DNA of 64,000 bases from an uncultured Actinomycetes bacterium (lineage in GTDB: Bacteria > Actinomycetota > Thermoleophilia > Gaiellales > Gaiellaceae), in NCBI GenBank assembly GCA_963846825.1, contig CAWJXN010000006.1, forward strand, positions 5,642-69,641. The letters are read 5' to 3'. Shown here one piece after another: positions 42,265 through 52,842 of this stretch (position 1 is its first letter; each line of letters begins with the position of its first letter). The position numbers and the translations under genes are program-made. The notes under the pieces are model-generated. The model saw nothing but the letters and a program-made list of their open reading frames with translations, was not told the origin of the DNA and did not search any database.

Positions 42265-43554
42265 TCAGCGGACCGCGGCCTCGGTCCCCTCGAGCAGCCG
42301 ATCGACGTCCTCGTCGGTGTGCGCGTACGAGAAGTGCGAGCGCTTGAGGTTCAGCGGCAGCTCGAAGATGCCCTCCTTCATCAGCTCGCGGCGGTAGCCG
42401 ACGAAGAGGTCGACGTCGTTTCGGAGGAGGTCGTCGTACGAGACGACCGGGCCCTCGAGGAAGTACGTGACGAACACCGAGCCGAAGCCGCTCACGACGG
42501 CCGGGACGCCGAGCCGCTCGTAGAGCGCTTCGAGCCCGGTGCGCGCCCGCTCGCCCAGCCGGAACACGTGCTCGTGCACGGGCTCGCGCTGGAGCTTGTC
42601 GACGGTCGCGAGGGCCGCCGCCGCCGTCGCCGGGTGGCCGTTGAACGTCCCCGCGAAGAACGCGGGCCGGCCCGGCGTGGTCGAGAAGAGATCCATCAGC
42701 TCCGCCTTGCCGCCGAGCGCCGAGACGGGCCAGCCGTTCGCCATTGCCTTCCCGAGCGTCGTCAGGTCCGGCGTGACGCCCGCGACGGCCTGGTAGCCGC
42801 CGAGCCCGTGCCGGAAGCCGGTGATCACCTCGTCGAAGACGAGCACCGTCCCGTGCGCCGTCGCGAGCTCGCGCAGGCGCTCGAGGAAGCCGGGCTGCGG
42901 GAGGACGGCGCCGATGTTGTGCGGGATCGGCTCGATGATGATCGCCGCGACGTCGTGGTCGGTGAGCGCGCGCTCGACCGCGGCGGCGTCGTTGAACGGC
43001 ACGACGATCGTCGCGTCGGCGACCTCCGGGAGGATCCCGCCCGAGAGCAGGTCCTTCGTCCCGACCTTCTCGGCCGGCGAGATGACGTTCATCGCGACCG
43101 CGTCGTGCCAGCCGTGGTAGCAGCCCTGGAACTTGAGGACGTGGCGGCGGCCGGTGACCGTCCGCGCCAGGCGCAGCGCGTGGAAGGTCGCCTCGCTGCC
43201 GGTCGCGGTCAGGAGCACCTTCTCGAGGGACGGGACGGCGTCGACGAGGCGCTCGGCGAGCTCGATCTCGACCGGCGTCACGCCGACGCCCATCAGGTCG
43301 ACCGACCGCGCCGCGGCGGCGACCGCGCCGTCGACGTCGGGATCGTTGTGCCCGAGGAGCGGCGGCCCGAAGGCGGAGTGGTAGTCGGTGTACGTGACGC
43401 CGTTCGCGTCCGTGAAGGTCGCTCCGCTCGTCGCGGTGACGACGAGATCCTCGAGGCCCGGCACCCGGCGCTGGCCGCTGTTGACGCCGCCCGGGATGAC
43501 CGCCGAGGCGCGCGCGGCCAGCTGGGCGGCGAGCTCGGAGGCGGTGAGGCTCAT
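42265..43554 (-). CDS. Class III aminotransferase, GSA-aminomutase-like (probably not HemL)
   Basis: IPGGVNS, TGSEAT, GCYHGWHD, FDEVITGFR, TLGKAMANG and AGTFNGHP; embedded in a catabolic operon. Confidence 0.85.
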   Translation of the reverse strand: MSLTASELAAQLAARASAVIPGGVNSGQRRVPGLEDLVVTATSGATFTDANGVTYTDYHSAFGPPLLGHNDPDVDGAVAAAARSVDLMGVGVTPVEIELAERLVDAVPSLEKVLLTATGSEATFHALRLARTVTGRRHVLKFQGCYHGWHDAVAMNVISPAEKVGTKDLLSGGILPEVADATIVVPFNDAAAVERALTDHDVAAIIIEPIPHNIGAVLPQPGFLERLRELATAHGTVLVFDEVITGFRHGLGGYQAVAGVTPDLTTLGKAMANGWPVSALGGKAELMDLFSTTPGRPAFFAGTFNGHPATAAAALATVDKLQREPVHEHVFRLGERARTGLEALYERLGVPAVVSGFGSVFVTYFLEGPVVSYDDLLRNDVDLFVGYRRELMKEGIFELPLNLKRSHFSYAHTDEDVDRLLEGTEAAVR

Positions 43555-44683
43555 CCGGCCACCCTGAGCGACGCGACGACGTCCTCGTCGAGCGTGACGC
43601 CGATGCCGGGTGCGGTCGGCACCGCGATGCACCCGTCGGCCTCGAGCGGGAGCCGCTCGACCGTGAGGGCGGTGTTGATCGGGGTGTCGGCCACGCAGTA
43701 CTCCTGGTAGAGGGCGTCGGGCAGCACGGCGTTCACGTGGAGCGACGCCGCCTTGATGATGCCGCTCTTCCACGCGTGCGGCACCGTCGCGACGCCGTAC
43801 TCCGCGGCGAGGCTCGCGATCCGCAGGGTCTCGGTGATGCCGCCGCAGCGGGTCACGTCGGGCTGGACGAGGTCGACGTGGCCGCGCTCGATCAGCTCGC
43901 GGAACCCCCAGCGCGTGACGTCCTGCTCGCCCGCGGCGATCGTCAGGTCGACGGCGTCGGCGAGCTCCGCGTACGCCTCGTATGCGTCCGGGACGAACGG
44001 CTCCTCGAGCCAGCCGATCCCGAGCTGCTCGAGCTCGCGCGCGACGCCGATCGCGGTCTTGGCGTCCTCCACGTACCCGAGCCCGGCGTCGATCAGGATG
44101 TCGACCCCGTCGCCCGGCGGCGTCCTTCGCCGCGGCTGCGAGCCGGACGTCGTGCTCGGCGTCCTGCCCGAGCGGGCCCCAGCCGAGCTTGACCGCGGTG
44201 AACCCCTGCTCGCGGAGCGCGGTGACGCGCTCCGCCGTCTCCTCGGTCGTGTCGGGCATCAGCATCGACGCGTACGCGCGCACGCGGTCGCGCCGCACCT
44301 CCCCGAGGAGCTCGCACACCGGCTTCCCGAGCGCCTTGCCGCGGATGTCCCAGAGCGCGATGTCGATGCCGCTGATCGCGTGGATCCCGATCCCGCGGCG
44401 GCCGACGTAGATGAGGCCGCGGTACATCGCGTCCCAGGCGCCCTCGACGTCGAGCGGGTCGCGCCCGACGAGCGTCGAGCGGAGGCTGTGGGCAACGGCG
44501 TGGGAGCTGTCCTGGCGGATGAGCGCGGCGACGACGTCGGGGGCGGAGTCGACCTCCCCGATGCCCGGTGATCCCCTCGTCGGTGTGCACGAGGACGACG
44601 AGGTCGTCCTGGCTCCCGTCCGCGATCCCGTCGTCGACGGTCGCCTGTCGGAGGACGATCGCCTCGACGTCGGTGATCTGCAC
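43551..44683 (-). CDS. Enolase superfamily enzyme (mandelate racemase subgroup) #2; frameshifted
   Basis: HTDEGITG, SGIDIALWD, KLGWG, LIDAG / LEEP / AGE ligands, QPD, PHAW and QE. Confidence 0.88.
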
Positions 44684-44732
44684 GCGATCTCCTCCCGGGA
44701 AGCTCGGATCGGCTCTGCCGGGCTCCCCGGCC

Positions 44733-44764
44733 GATTGTCGACTATAGCGAAATTGTCAACAATC
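44733..44764. promoter_or_regulatory. Second tandem ATTGTCGACAAT-type operator pair
   Basis: GATTGTCGACTATA (44733-44746) and AATTGTCAACAATC (44751-44764), 18 bp apart, in a divergent intergenic region; same design as 31825-31857. Confidence 0.78.
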
Positions 44765-44798
44765 CACTAACCTCTCTGCGAAGGCATGACGTGCCCTA

Positions 44799-44898
44799 TG
44801 ACAATCTCGCGGCTCTCGACAGAGGCGGCCGCCGGCCGCGTTAGCGGCCGCTTCAGGGGTTGTCGCGATGCCGGATCTGCTTCCGCAGAACCGGCATC
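44799..44898 (+). other. Structured leader (nested stems) upstream of deacylase #2
   Basis: TGACAATCTC/GGGGTTGTCG encloses GAGGCGGCCGC/GCGGCCGCTTC; then GATGCCGG-A-TCTGC-TTCC-GCAGA-A-CCGGCATC. Confidence 0.4.
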
Positions 44899-44910
44899 TG
44901 CGGGGCTGGC

Positions 44911-45936
44911 GTGAGCGACTCTCCGATCCGCTGCACGATCGACCTGGACGGGCCCGGCAAGCAGCTCGGGCACCTGCGCGTTCCGCGCTCCTCGAACACG
45001 AGCGGATGGTCGAGCCTCGACCGTCCCGATCGTCTCGGTCGCGGGCGGCGAGGGGCCGACCGCGTTGGTCATCGGCGGCGTCCACGGCGACGAGCCCGAG
45101 GGCCAGGTCGCGGCGATCAAGCTCGCCCGCGAGCTCCGAGCCGGAGGACGTCACCGGGCCGCGTGATCGTCATCCCGTGCCTCTCGCCCGAGGCGTCGCT
45201 CGCCTACACGCGGCTCTGGCCGTCGGGCGCGAACATGAACCGCTCGTTCCCCGGGAGCCCGGACGGCACGGCGGACGAGCAGCTGGCGCACTTCCTCTCG
45301 ACGGAGGTCTTCCCGCGCACGGAGGTCGTCGTCGACATCCACTCCGGGGGTCGCACCGGCCTCTGCCTGCCGTGGTCGGAGATGCACTGGGTCGAGGACG
45401 CCGACCAGCGGCGGCGCATGGTGGACGGGATGCTCGCGTGGAACACCGACTGGTGCTGCGTCTACATCGACATCGCCGGGACGGGCCTCCTCGTCGGCGA
45501 GGCAGAGCGGCAGGGGAAGACGGTGATCTCGACCGAGCTCGGCGGCGGCGGCCACGTGACCGCGGCGATCCACCGGCTCGCCGCCGACGGGCTCGCGAAC
45601 GTCCTGCGCCACGAGGGCGTCCTCGCGGGCGAGGTCGTCACCCGCGAGGCGCTCGGCCGGCCCGAGCCGACGCTCCTGATGGCGACGGACGAGGACGACT
45701 ACGTCCTCGCACCGGAGTCGGGCCTCTTCGAGACGCTCGTCGACCTCGGCCAGGCCGTCGAGCCGGGCGAGCCCGTCGGGCGCATCCACTTCCTCGAGCG
45801 GCCCGATCGGCCGCCCGAGGTGATCGAGGCGCGGAACGGCGGAGTCGTCTGCGTCGTCCGCGCGATCGCGACCACCGACCAGGGCGACAACGTCGTCGTC
45901 ACCGCCCGCGTCGTCGACCGGTCGGAGCTCGGCTGA
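44911..45936 (+). CDS. Succinylglutamate desuccinylase/aspartoacylase family (DoeB/EutE-like) #2; frameshifted
   Basis: DLDGPGKQLGHL, GGVHGDEPEG, NMNRSFPG, DIHSGG and STELGGGG. Confidence 0.88.
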   Translation: MSDSPIRCTIDLDGPGKQLGHLRVPRSSNTSGWSSLDRPDRLGRGRRGADRVGHRRRPRRRARGPGRGDQARPRAPSRRTSPGRVIVIPCLSPEASLAYTRLWPSGANMNRSFPGSPDGTADEQLAHFLSTEVFPRTEVVVDIHSGGRTGLCLPWSEMHWVEDADQRRRMVDGMLAWNTDWCCVYIDIAGTGLLVGEAERQGKTVISTELGGGGHVTAAIHRLAADGLANVLRHEGVLAGEVVTREALGRPEPTLLMATDEDDYVLAPESGLFETLVDLGQAVEPGEPVGRIHFLERPDRPPEVIEARNGGVVCVVRAIATTDQGDNVVVTARVVDRSELG

Positions 45937-45937
45937 C

Positions 45938-46834
45938 GTGCAGCGCTGCCGGGTGGCCGTCACGCAGGTCGACGTCCGTTACCTCGACGTCGAGCACAAC
46001 CTCGAGACGCATCTCGCGCTCGTCGACGAGACCGCCGGCGCCGGCTGCGACCTCGTCGTCTTCCCAGAGTGCTCGGTCACGGGCCACAACGGCAGCCCGG
46101 AGGTGACCCGGAACGCGGAGCTTGCGGACGGCCGCATCTTCGAGGCGATCGCCGGCCGGGCGACGGAGCGCGGCATCGTGGTCGGCTACGGGTTCTGCGA
46201 GCTCGACCGCGGCACGCACTACAACTCGTTCGCGCTCGTCGGCCGCGGCGCCCTGCTCGGCCTGCAGCGCAAGGTGCACGCGTCGGACGACGAGTTCCTC
46301 CGGTTCCGGCAGGCGTACGACTGGAACGTCGTCGACCTCGGCTTCTGCCGGGTCGGCACGGCGATCTGCCACGACAGCGACTTCTTCGAGAGCTGGCGCA
46401 TCCTCGCCCTGAAGGGAGCCGAGGTGATCCTGCTCCCGCACGCGAACCGCACGATGCCTGCGGGCGGCGGGGAGCTGACCTTCGACGGACGGGATCGCGA
46501 GGAGACGACCGAAGCCCTTCTCCGCGCCCAGGAGGAGCTGCTCGACGCGTCGCCCGTGCCGCCGCGGCTCCACGACGCGCTTGCCCGTGACAACGCCGTC
46601 TTCGCGGCGTTCTCCGACCAGGTCGGCTTCGACGGCCACTCGACGCACGTCGGCGGCGCCTACGTGCTCGGGCCCGACGGGTCGCAGCTCGCGCGCTCGG
46701 CGCTCGGGACGGGGACCGCATGGGTGGCGGCCGACCTCGATCCCGACGCGCTCGTCCGCGCCCGCGAGAATCCCTGGTTCGCGCTCCGCAAGCGCCGCCC
46801 CGAGACCTACGACGAGCTCGTCGCCCGGCGATGA
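45938..46834 (+). CDS. Carbon-nitrogen hydrolase (nitrilase superfamily)
   Basis: Catalytic triad E (VFPEC), K (RKVH) and C (AICHD); [12 protein letters not shown]. Confidence 0.92.
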   Translation: MQRCRVAVTQVDVRYLDVEHNLETHLALVDETAGAGCDLVVFPECSVTGHNGSPEVTRNAELADGRIFEAIAGRATERGIVVGYGFCELDRGTHYNSFALVGRGALLGLQRKVHASDDEFLRFRQAYDWNVVDLGFCRVGTAICHDSDFFESWRILALKGAEVILLPHANRTMPAGGGELTFDGRDREETTEALLRAQEELLDASPVPPRLHDALARDNAVFAAFSDQVGFDGHSTHVGGAYVLGPDGSQLARSALGTGTAWVAADLDPDALVRARENPWFALRKRRPETYDELVARR

Positions 46835-46850
46835 GACGAGAGGAGACCGC

Positions 46851-48223
46851 ATGACGCTGACCGCGGGCGTTTCGCGCGTCGACATCACGCCGCCGTGCGG
46901 GCTGCCCCACGGCTGCTGGGCCGCCCGGAGCGGTCTCGCGGAGGGCGTCCACGACCCGATGCTCGGCCAGGCGCTCGTCCTCGACGACGGCCGCTCGCCG
47001 CTCGCAATCGTCGCCTGCGACCTCGTCTTCGCGGGCGCGGACCTCACCGCAGACGTGCGGCGGCTCGTGCAGGACCTGACGGGAATCCCGCCCGAGGCCG
47101 TCCTCGTCAACGCGGGGCACAACCACAGCGCGCCGAGCCTGTCGCGCGGCTCGTCGGTCGCCGGGCTGGTCGACGCCGCGGTGTTCGCGCGCTACGCCGA
47201 GGGGCTCGCGGAGCGACTCGCCGGCGCCGTCTACGCCGCCTGGCGCGGCCGTGTGCCCGCCCGCGTCGGCTGGGGCAGCGGCAGTGCGCCCGGCATCACG
47301 GTGAACCGCGTCCGTCGCGAGCGGCCGGTCGACGACAGCGTTGCGGTGCTGCGTGTCGAGACCGCCGACGGCGGTCCCCTCGCGGTCGTCGCGTCGTTCG
47401 CGTGTCACGCTACCCTCATGGGCGGCCAGACGCTCCTCTGGAACGCCGACTTCCCCGGGCCGCTTCGAGTCGCGGTCGAGGAGGCGATCCCGGCGACGGA
47501 GTGCCATCTTCCTCTCGGGCTGCGCCGGGGACATCGCGGGCTGGGACTACTGGTTCGGGAACCGCGACGCGAGCCCGCACTCGCTACGAGAGGCGGGACG
47601 AGCTCGGCCGTGCGATCGCGTCGGCGGCGGTCGAGCGTCCACGGCACGATCGAGCCGGGCGACGAGGTGCGAGCTGGGAGCGACGTCGAAGCGGCTCGAG
47701 CTGCGACGCCGCCGGATCCCGTGGGCGCTCGACGAGCTCGAGCGCCGCATGGCCGAGCTCGCCGCCGAGCCCACCCCGGAGTTCCCCGAGCGCTGGCCCG
47801 ACGACGTCCACACGGCGACCTCGGCGCAGGACTACCCGTCGCTCTACCAGCGCTCCGCGCTCGCGATGTACGTCGACATGGCCCGCCGACCCGACGAGCC
47901 CGTGCCGGCGGAGATCCAGGCGCTCCGGATCGGCGACGCGGCGATCGTCGCGAACCCGTTCGAGCTCTTCAACGAGTGCGGCGCGCGGATCCGCGAGGCG
48001 AGCCCGTTCGCGACGACATTCACGCTCGCGTACACGAACGACTACGCCGGCTACTGCCCCGGCGAGCGAGGACCTCGACCTGCTCGACGGCGTCCCCCTC
48101 GACGACCTGCTCGACCAGGACCGCTATCGCTGGGCGTACGGGATCACGAACTCGAACGTCGACCGCGGCGAGGCCGAGCGACTGATCGACGAGAGCGTCG
48201 GTCTGCTGGAGCGGTTGGCATGA
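46851..48223 (+). CDS. Neutral/alkaline ceramidase-like metallo-amidohydrolase; frameshifted
   Basis: [53 protein letters not shown] and NDYAGY; AGGAG RBS. Confidence 0.8.
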
Positions 48224-49392
48224 GGATCACCGGGGTCGAGGCGCACGTGTGCAACGCGCGGATGCGCAACTGGGTGTTCGTGCGCGTGCTCACCGACGAG
48301 GACGGGCTCTACGGCTGGGGCGAAGCGACGCTCGAGTGGCACACGAGGGCCGTGGTGGGAGCCGTCGAGGATCTGGCGGAGCTGGTCGTCGGGGAGGATC
48401 CGACGAGGATCGAGCACCTCTGGCAGATGATGTTCCGGCAGCACTTCTGGCATGCGAGCGGGATCGTCCGCGCGACCGCCATGAGCGGCGTGGACATCGC
48501 CCTGTGGGACATTCTGGGCAAGGTGCACGGCGTGCCCTGCCACCGCCTCTGGGGCGGGCGCGTACGGGATTACGTCCGCCTCTACGGCCACCTCGGCGGC
48601 GGCAGGATGGAGGACTTCTACGAAAGCGACGACCCGCAACGCTTCGCGGAGCTGGCGACCGCGATGGTCGAGCAGGGGTTCACGGCGTTCAAGTCGATGG
48701 CGGTGCCGCCGACGATGCCGCTGGAGGGACTGGTGCCCGTCCGCCACGCCCACCGCTGCGTCGCGGCGATGAGGGACGCGGTCGGCGACGAGGTCGACGT
48801 GATGGTCGACTGCCATGCCCGCCCGAGCCCGCGCATGGGGCACCTCTTCGCCCACGCGCTCGAGGAGTTCGGCCTCTACTGGCTGGAGGAGCCCTGCTGG
48901 CCGGAGCGCGCAGACGACATCGCCGCCATCCAGGCAGCTGTCGCGACCCCGATCGCAACGGGAGAGCGGCTCGTCGGCGTCCACGGCTTCCGGGAGCTCC
49001 TGGAGAAGAGCGCGTGCAGCGTCCTTCAGCCCGACATCACCCACTGCGGCGGTCTCACCGAGGCCCGGCGCATCGCCGCGCTCGCCGAGACGTACCGTGT
49101 CGCGTTGGCGCCTCACAATCCCCAGGGGCCCGTCTCGACCGCGGCTTCGATCGAGCTCGGCCTTGCAACGCCGGCCTACGTCATCTGCGAGGCCGTCACG
49201 ACCGACGTTCCGTGGCGCTCCGAGGTCGCGCCGCAATCGCATCGGATCGACCCCGACGGGATGAAGGCGTACCCGGGCGATCGACCGGGCCTCGGCGTCG
49301 AGATCGACCTCGACGTCGTGCGCCGGCACCCCTTCGCGCCTGAGCTCCCACAGCGCGTCTTCTACGCGGACGGCAGCGTCGGCGACTGGTAA
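48220..49392 (+). CDS. Galactonate dehydratase (DgoD)-like enolase superfamily enzyme #3
   Basis: NWVFVRV...[39 protein letters not shown] and DGSVGDW C-terminus; substrate not established. Confidence 0.85.
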   Translation: MRITGVEAHVCNARMRNWVFVRVLTDEDGLYGWGEATLEWHTRAVVGAVEDLAELVVGEDPTRIEHLWQMMFRQHFWHASGIVRATAMSGVDIALWDILGKVHGVPCHRLWGGRVRDYVRLYGHLGGGRMEDFYESDDPQRFAELATAMVEQGFTAFKSMAVPPTMPLEGLVPVRHAHRCVAAMRDAVGDEVDVMVDCHARPSPRMGHLFAHALEEFGLYWLEEPCWPERADDIAAIQAAVATPIATGERLVGVHGFRELLEKSACSVLQPDITHCGGLTEARRIAALAETYRVALAPHNPQGPVSTAASIELGLATPAYVICEAVTTDVPWRSEVAPQSHRIDPDGMKAYPGDRPGLGVEIDLDVVRRHPFAPELPQRVFYADGSVGDW

Positions 49393-49397
49393 GGCCG

Positions 49398-50152
49398 TCA
49401 GCGCTCGCGCGGCTCCCAGCCGAAGCGCCGGGCCGCGACGGCATACCCCGCGACGCCCCACGCGACCAGCACGGCGACGGCGGCCGGGTCGTCCGTCAGC
49501 GGCTCCCCGTGCAGGTACGAGGCCTCGAGCAGGTCGATGAGGTACGTGAGCGGCAGCACGTCGGCGATCGTCTGGAGCACCTGCGGGTAGCCCGACGTCG
49601 GGCCGAACGAGCCGGAGAGGAACGCCATCGGGAGGATGATCAGGTTGACGACCGCGGAGGAGCCCTCCGCCGAGCGGATGAGCGATGCGACGCCGAAGCC
49701 GAGCCCGGCGAACGCGATGCCGCCGAGCAGCAGCACCGGCACGACCGCGAACCAGCTCTCCGCGCCCTGCGCGTCGTACAGCAGGAGCCGAGCGCGACGG
49801 TCAGGAGCATCTGGAGGAAGAAGACGAGCAGCGTCGAGAGGAGCACGGCCGCGAGGTAGGTCGCGGCGGGCAGAGGCGTCGCGCGAAGGCGCTTGAGGAT
49901 CCCGAGCTCCCGTCGGATCACGAGCGTGATCGCGAGGCCGCCGAACGCGGTGTTCGCGCACCCGTAGCCGAGCATCCCGACGAGCAGCCGGTCGGCCGCC
50001 GGCACGCCGTCGATCGTCCCGTCGTAGACCGCGCCGAGCAGGAGGAAGAGCATCGGCGGGAACACGAAGACGAACACCGCCGACTCGCGGTTCCGCCAGA
50101 ACATCAGCTGCTGCATCCGCAGCTCGTGGACGAAGTGAAAGAGCGCAGTCAC
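49398..50152 (-). CDS. ABC-2 type exporter permease; frameshifted
   Basis: RRELGILKRLRATPL, LPMAFLSGSF and VLPLTY; hydrophobic segments. Confidence 0.85.
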
Positions 50153-51011
50153 GTCGTCGCTCTCGTCGACGAGGTCGAGGTAGACGTCCTCGAGGGTCGG
50201 CCGCCGCACCTCGAGCGCGTCGAGCTCCCGCCCCTCGGCGACCGCCGCGGCGGTCAGCTCGGCGAGCACGCGCGTCGGCTCGTCGGTCTCGACGACGACG
50301 TCCCGCCCGTCCTCCCGGTAGCGGATCTCGACCTTCGGGGCGACGCCGATCAGCTCGCGCGGCGTCCCGATGCGCACGAGCTGCCCCTCGCGGATCACGG
50401 CGACGCGGTCGGCGAGCTGCTGCGCCTCGTCGAGGTAGTGGGTCGTCAGGAGGATCGTCTTGCCGAGCGAGCGCAGCGAGCGCACGAGCTCCCAGGCGGT
50501 CCGCCGCGCGGTCGGGTCGAAGCCGGTCGTCGGCTCGTCGAGGAAGACGAGGTCGGGATCCCCGACGAGCGCCACGCCGAGGTCGAGCCGGCGCTTCTGG
50601 CCGCCCGAGAGCGTCTTCACGCGCGCGTCGCGCTTCTCGCCGAGCCCGACGAGCTCGATCACCTCGTCGATGTCGCGGGGCTGCTCGTAGTACCCGGCGA
50701 ACATCCGGTGCACCTCGCGCACCGACAGCGTCGGGGGCAGCTCCGAGTGCTGGAGCACGACGCCGATCTGCTCGCGATGGGCCGCGTCGGCGCGCCACGG
50801 GTCGACGCCGAGCACCTCCACCTCGCCTCCGTCGCGTGGCCGGTAGCCCTCGAGGATCTCGACCGTCGTCGTCTTCCCGGCGCCGTTCGGGCCCGAGCAG
50901 GCCGAAGACCTCGCCGTGTCGGACCTCGAAGTCGATCCCGCGCACCGCCTCGACGCCGTCGTAGGACTTGCGGAGGCCCGCGACGCGGATCGCGGGCGGC
51001 GACTCAGTCAG
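50149..51011 (-). CDS. ABC-2 type exporter ATP-binding protein; frameshifted
   Basis: LLGPNGAGKTT (across frameshift), LSGGQKRRL, FLDEPTTG, LTTHYLDEA and PTLEDVYL; start uncertain. Confidence 0.88.
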
Positions 51012-51409
51012 CGTCGAGCTCCAGACGTGCGACGCCCCCGGGCGGGAACCCCGGGTCGCGCCCCGTCACCGCGAGGGCGATCTCGGAGCAGTCGGGCTGG
51101 TGCCCGACGGTCGCGACCGGGCCGCCGGCGTCGTGCGACCGCGCTCCGGAGCGCGTCGACCGTCGCGCCGGGCGCGAGGAGTGGCTCGACGCGCAGCTCG
51201 GCGCCCGTCTCCTCGCGCCACGAGCTCGGCCGTCTGTCGCGCGCGCACGAGCGGGCTCGTGAGGACGACGCGTCGGCGGGTCGGGCGAGGCGGCGAGCTG
51301 CCGCCCGAGCGCCCGTGCCTGGTCGACGCCCTGCGGCGTCAGCTCGCGAAGCTCGTCGGGCTCGCCGGTCGGCGGCCGTCGCGTGGCGGCAGAGGTGGAC
51401 GATGCGCAT
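51004..51409 (-). CDS. SixA-like histidine phosphatase; frameshifted
   Basis: HLCRHA, RELTPQG, SPLVRARQTA and VGHQPD. Confidence 0.75.
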
Positions 51410-51508
51410 CGCCGCCGAGCATAGTCGGGTGCCCGTTCGCGCCTGGCCGGTACGAGCGGCATGCGGACTTCTAAGGCGGCCGTAAGAAACGGTCGCTACA
51501 AGAAGGGG

Positions 51509-52174
51509 ATGGACGACCGCACGATCGGGCGCGCCGCGTTCCTGGGAGTGGTCGGCGCCGGCCTCGCCGGGCTGTTCCTCGGCCGCGACGCGATGCGTCT
51601 CGCCGGACGGCTCGTGCCCGACCCCGTGGCGGCGATCGTGCCGAGCTCGGGCTGGCGGATCTACACGATCGGGAATGCGATCCCCCGGATCGACCTGGCG
51701 GCGTACCGGTTGACGATCGCGGGCGCGGTGGATCGCCCGGTCACGTACACCCTCGACGACCTCCGGGCGCTGCCGCGGGCGGAGCAGGTCTCGGACTTCC
51801 ACTGCGTCACCGGCTGGAGCGTCTACGACGTCCGGTGGGCGGGCGTCCGCTTCCGCGACCTGCTCGCCGAGGCCGGCCTCCGGCCCGACGCGAAGGCGCT
51901 CCGTTTCGTGTCCGACGAGGTGCCGTACGACGACACGCTCTCGCTGCCCCAGGCGTTCGCGCACGACGCGCTCCTCGCGCTCGACCTCGACGGGAAGCCG
52001 CTCTCCGAGCCGCACGGGTTCCCCGCCCGTGTCGTGATGCCTCGGATGTACGGCTACAAGAGCGTCAAGTGGGTGACGCGGATCGAGGTGCAGACCCACA
52101 CGAGCCACGTCGGCTACTGGGAGCAGCGCGGCTACGACGAGGACGCGTGGGTCGACGGCTCGAACGGGCTGTGA
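51509..52174 (+). CDS. Molybdopterin oxidoreductase, sulfite oxidase/MsrP (YedY)-like
   Basis: DFHCVTGWS (Moco Cys), WAGV and HGFPARVVMPRMYGYKSVKW...GYWEQRGY. Confidence 0.88.
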   Translation: MDDRTIGRAAFLGVVGAGLAGLFLGRDAMRLAGRLVPDPVAAIVPSSGWRIYTIGNAIPRIDLAAYRLTIAGAVDRPVTYTLDDLRALPRAEQVSDFHCVTGWSVYDVRWAGVRFRDLLAEAGLRPDAKALRFVSDEVPYDDTLSLPQAFAHDALLALDLDGKPLSEPHGFPARVVMPRMYGYKSVKWVTRIEVQTHTSHVGYWEQRGYDEDAWVDGSNGL

Positions 52175-52842
52175 GCGACCACACGATGGTCCGGCGTTTC
52201 GGGCCGACCGAGCGTGCGCTCCACTGGGTGCATGCCGGCGGCTTCCTCGCGATGCTCGCGACGGGACTCGTTCTGTACCTGCCCGTGCTGTCCGAGGCGG
52301 TCGCGCGCCGGAACCTCGTCAAGAACCTCCATCTCGGCGCTGCGCTCGTGTGGGCCGTCGCGATCGTGCTCGTCCTGGCGCTCGGCGACCGCCGCCGCCT
52401 CGCCGCCGACTGGCGCGAGATCGAGACGCTCGACGCCGACGACCGCCGCTGGCTCCGCGGGCGGCGGGCGCCGCAGGGGCGCTTCAACGCCGGCCAGAAG
52501 CTCAACACGCTGCTCACGGCCGCCTTCGCCGTGCTCTTCGTCGTCTCCGGCTTCTTCCTGTGGCTCGGCGAGCGCGACCACCGCTTTCTGTTCGACGGCA
52601 CCGGCACGGTCCACGAGACGCTGACGCTCGCCTCCGTCGGACTGCTCGCCGGGCACCTGTATCTCGCGGTGATCCATCCGTCGACGCGGCATGCGCTCCG
52701 CGGGATGACGACCGGCGACGTCCGCGAGGACTGGGCGCGCGAGCACCACTCGAAGTGGGTCGAGATCCGAGCGCGGGCTATAACCCGCCTGTGCCGTCGT
52801 ACCGCTACGTCTTCGCGGACGTCTTCACCGACACGCCGCTGA
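52171..52842 (+). CDS. Cytochrome b/b6-domain membrane protein (FdnI-like)
   Basis: ERALHW, NLHL, GRFNAGQK, VHE, GHLYLA, LRGMTTG and WAREHH; 3' end may be shorter. Confidence 0.85.
   Translation: MSDHTMVRRFGPTERALHWVHAGGFLAMLATGLVLYLPVLSEAVARRNLVKNLHLGAALVWAVAIVLVLALGDRRRLAADWREIETLDADDRRWLRGRRAPQGRFNAGQKLNTLLTAAFAVLFVVSGFFLWLGERDHRFLFDGTGTVHETLTLASVGLLAGHLYLAVIHPSTRHALRGMTTGDVREDWAREHHSKWVEIRARAITRLCRRTATSSRTSSPTRR

Noticed and set aside
42265-43554. hemL call
   Set aside because: Catabolic context, no tetrapyrrole genes nearby, and divergent motifs; left as class III aminotransferase.
42265-44427. 720-aa enolase-aminotransferase fusion
   Set aside because: The middle is out-of-frame junk; an ATGA overlap at 43551-43554 shows two genes.
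49640-50821. ABC ATPase-permease fusion
   Set aside because: The GTGA overlap at 50149-50152 indicates separate genes with an indel.
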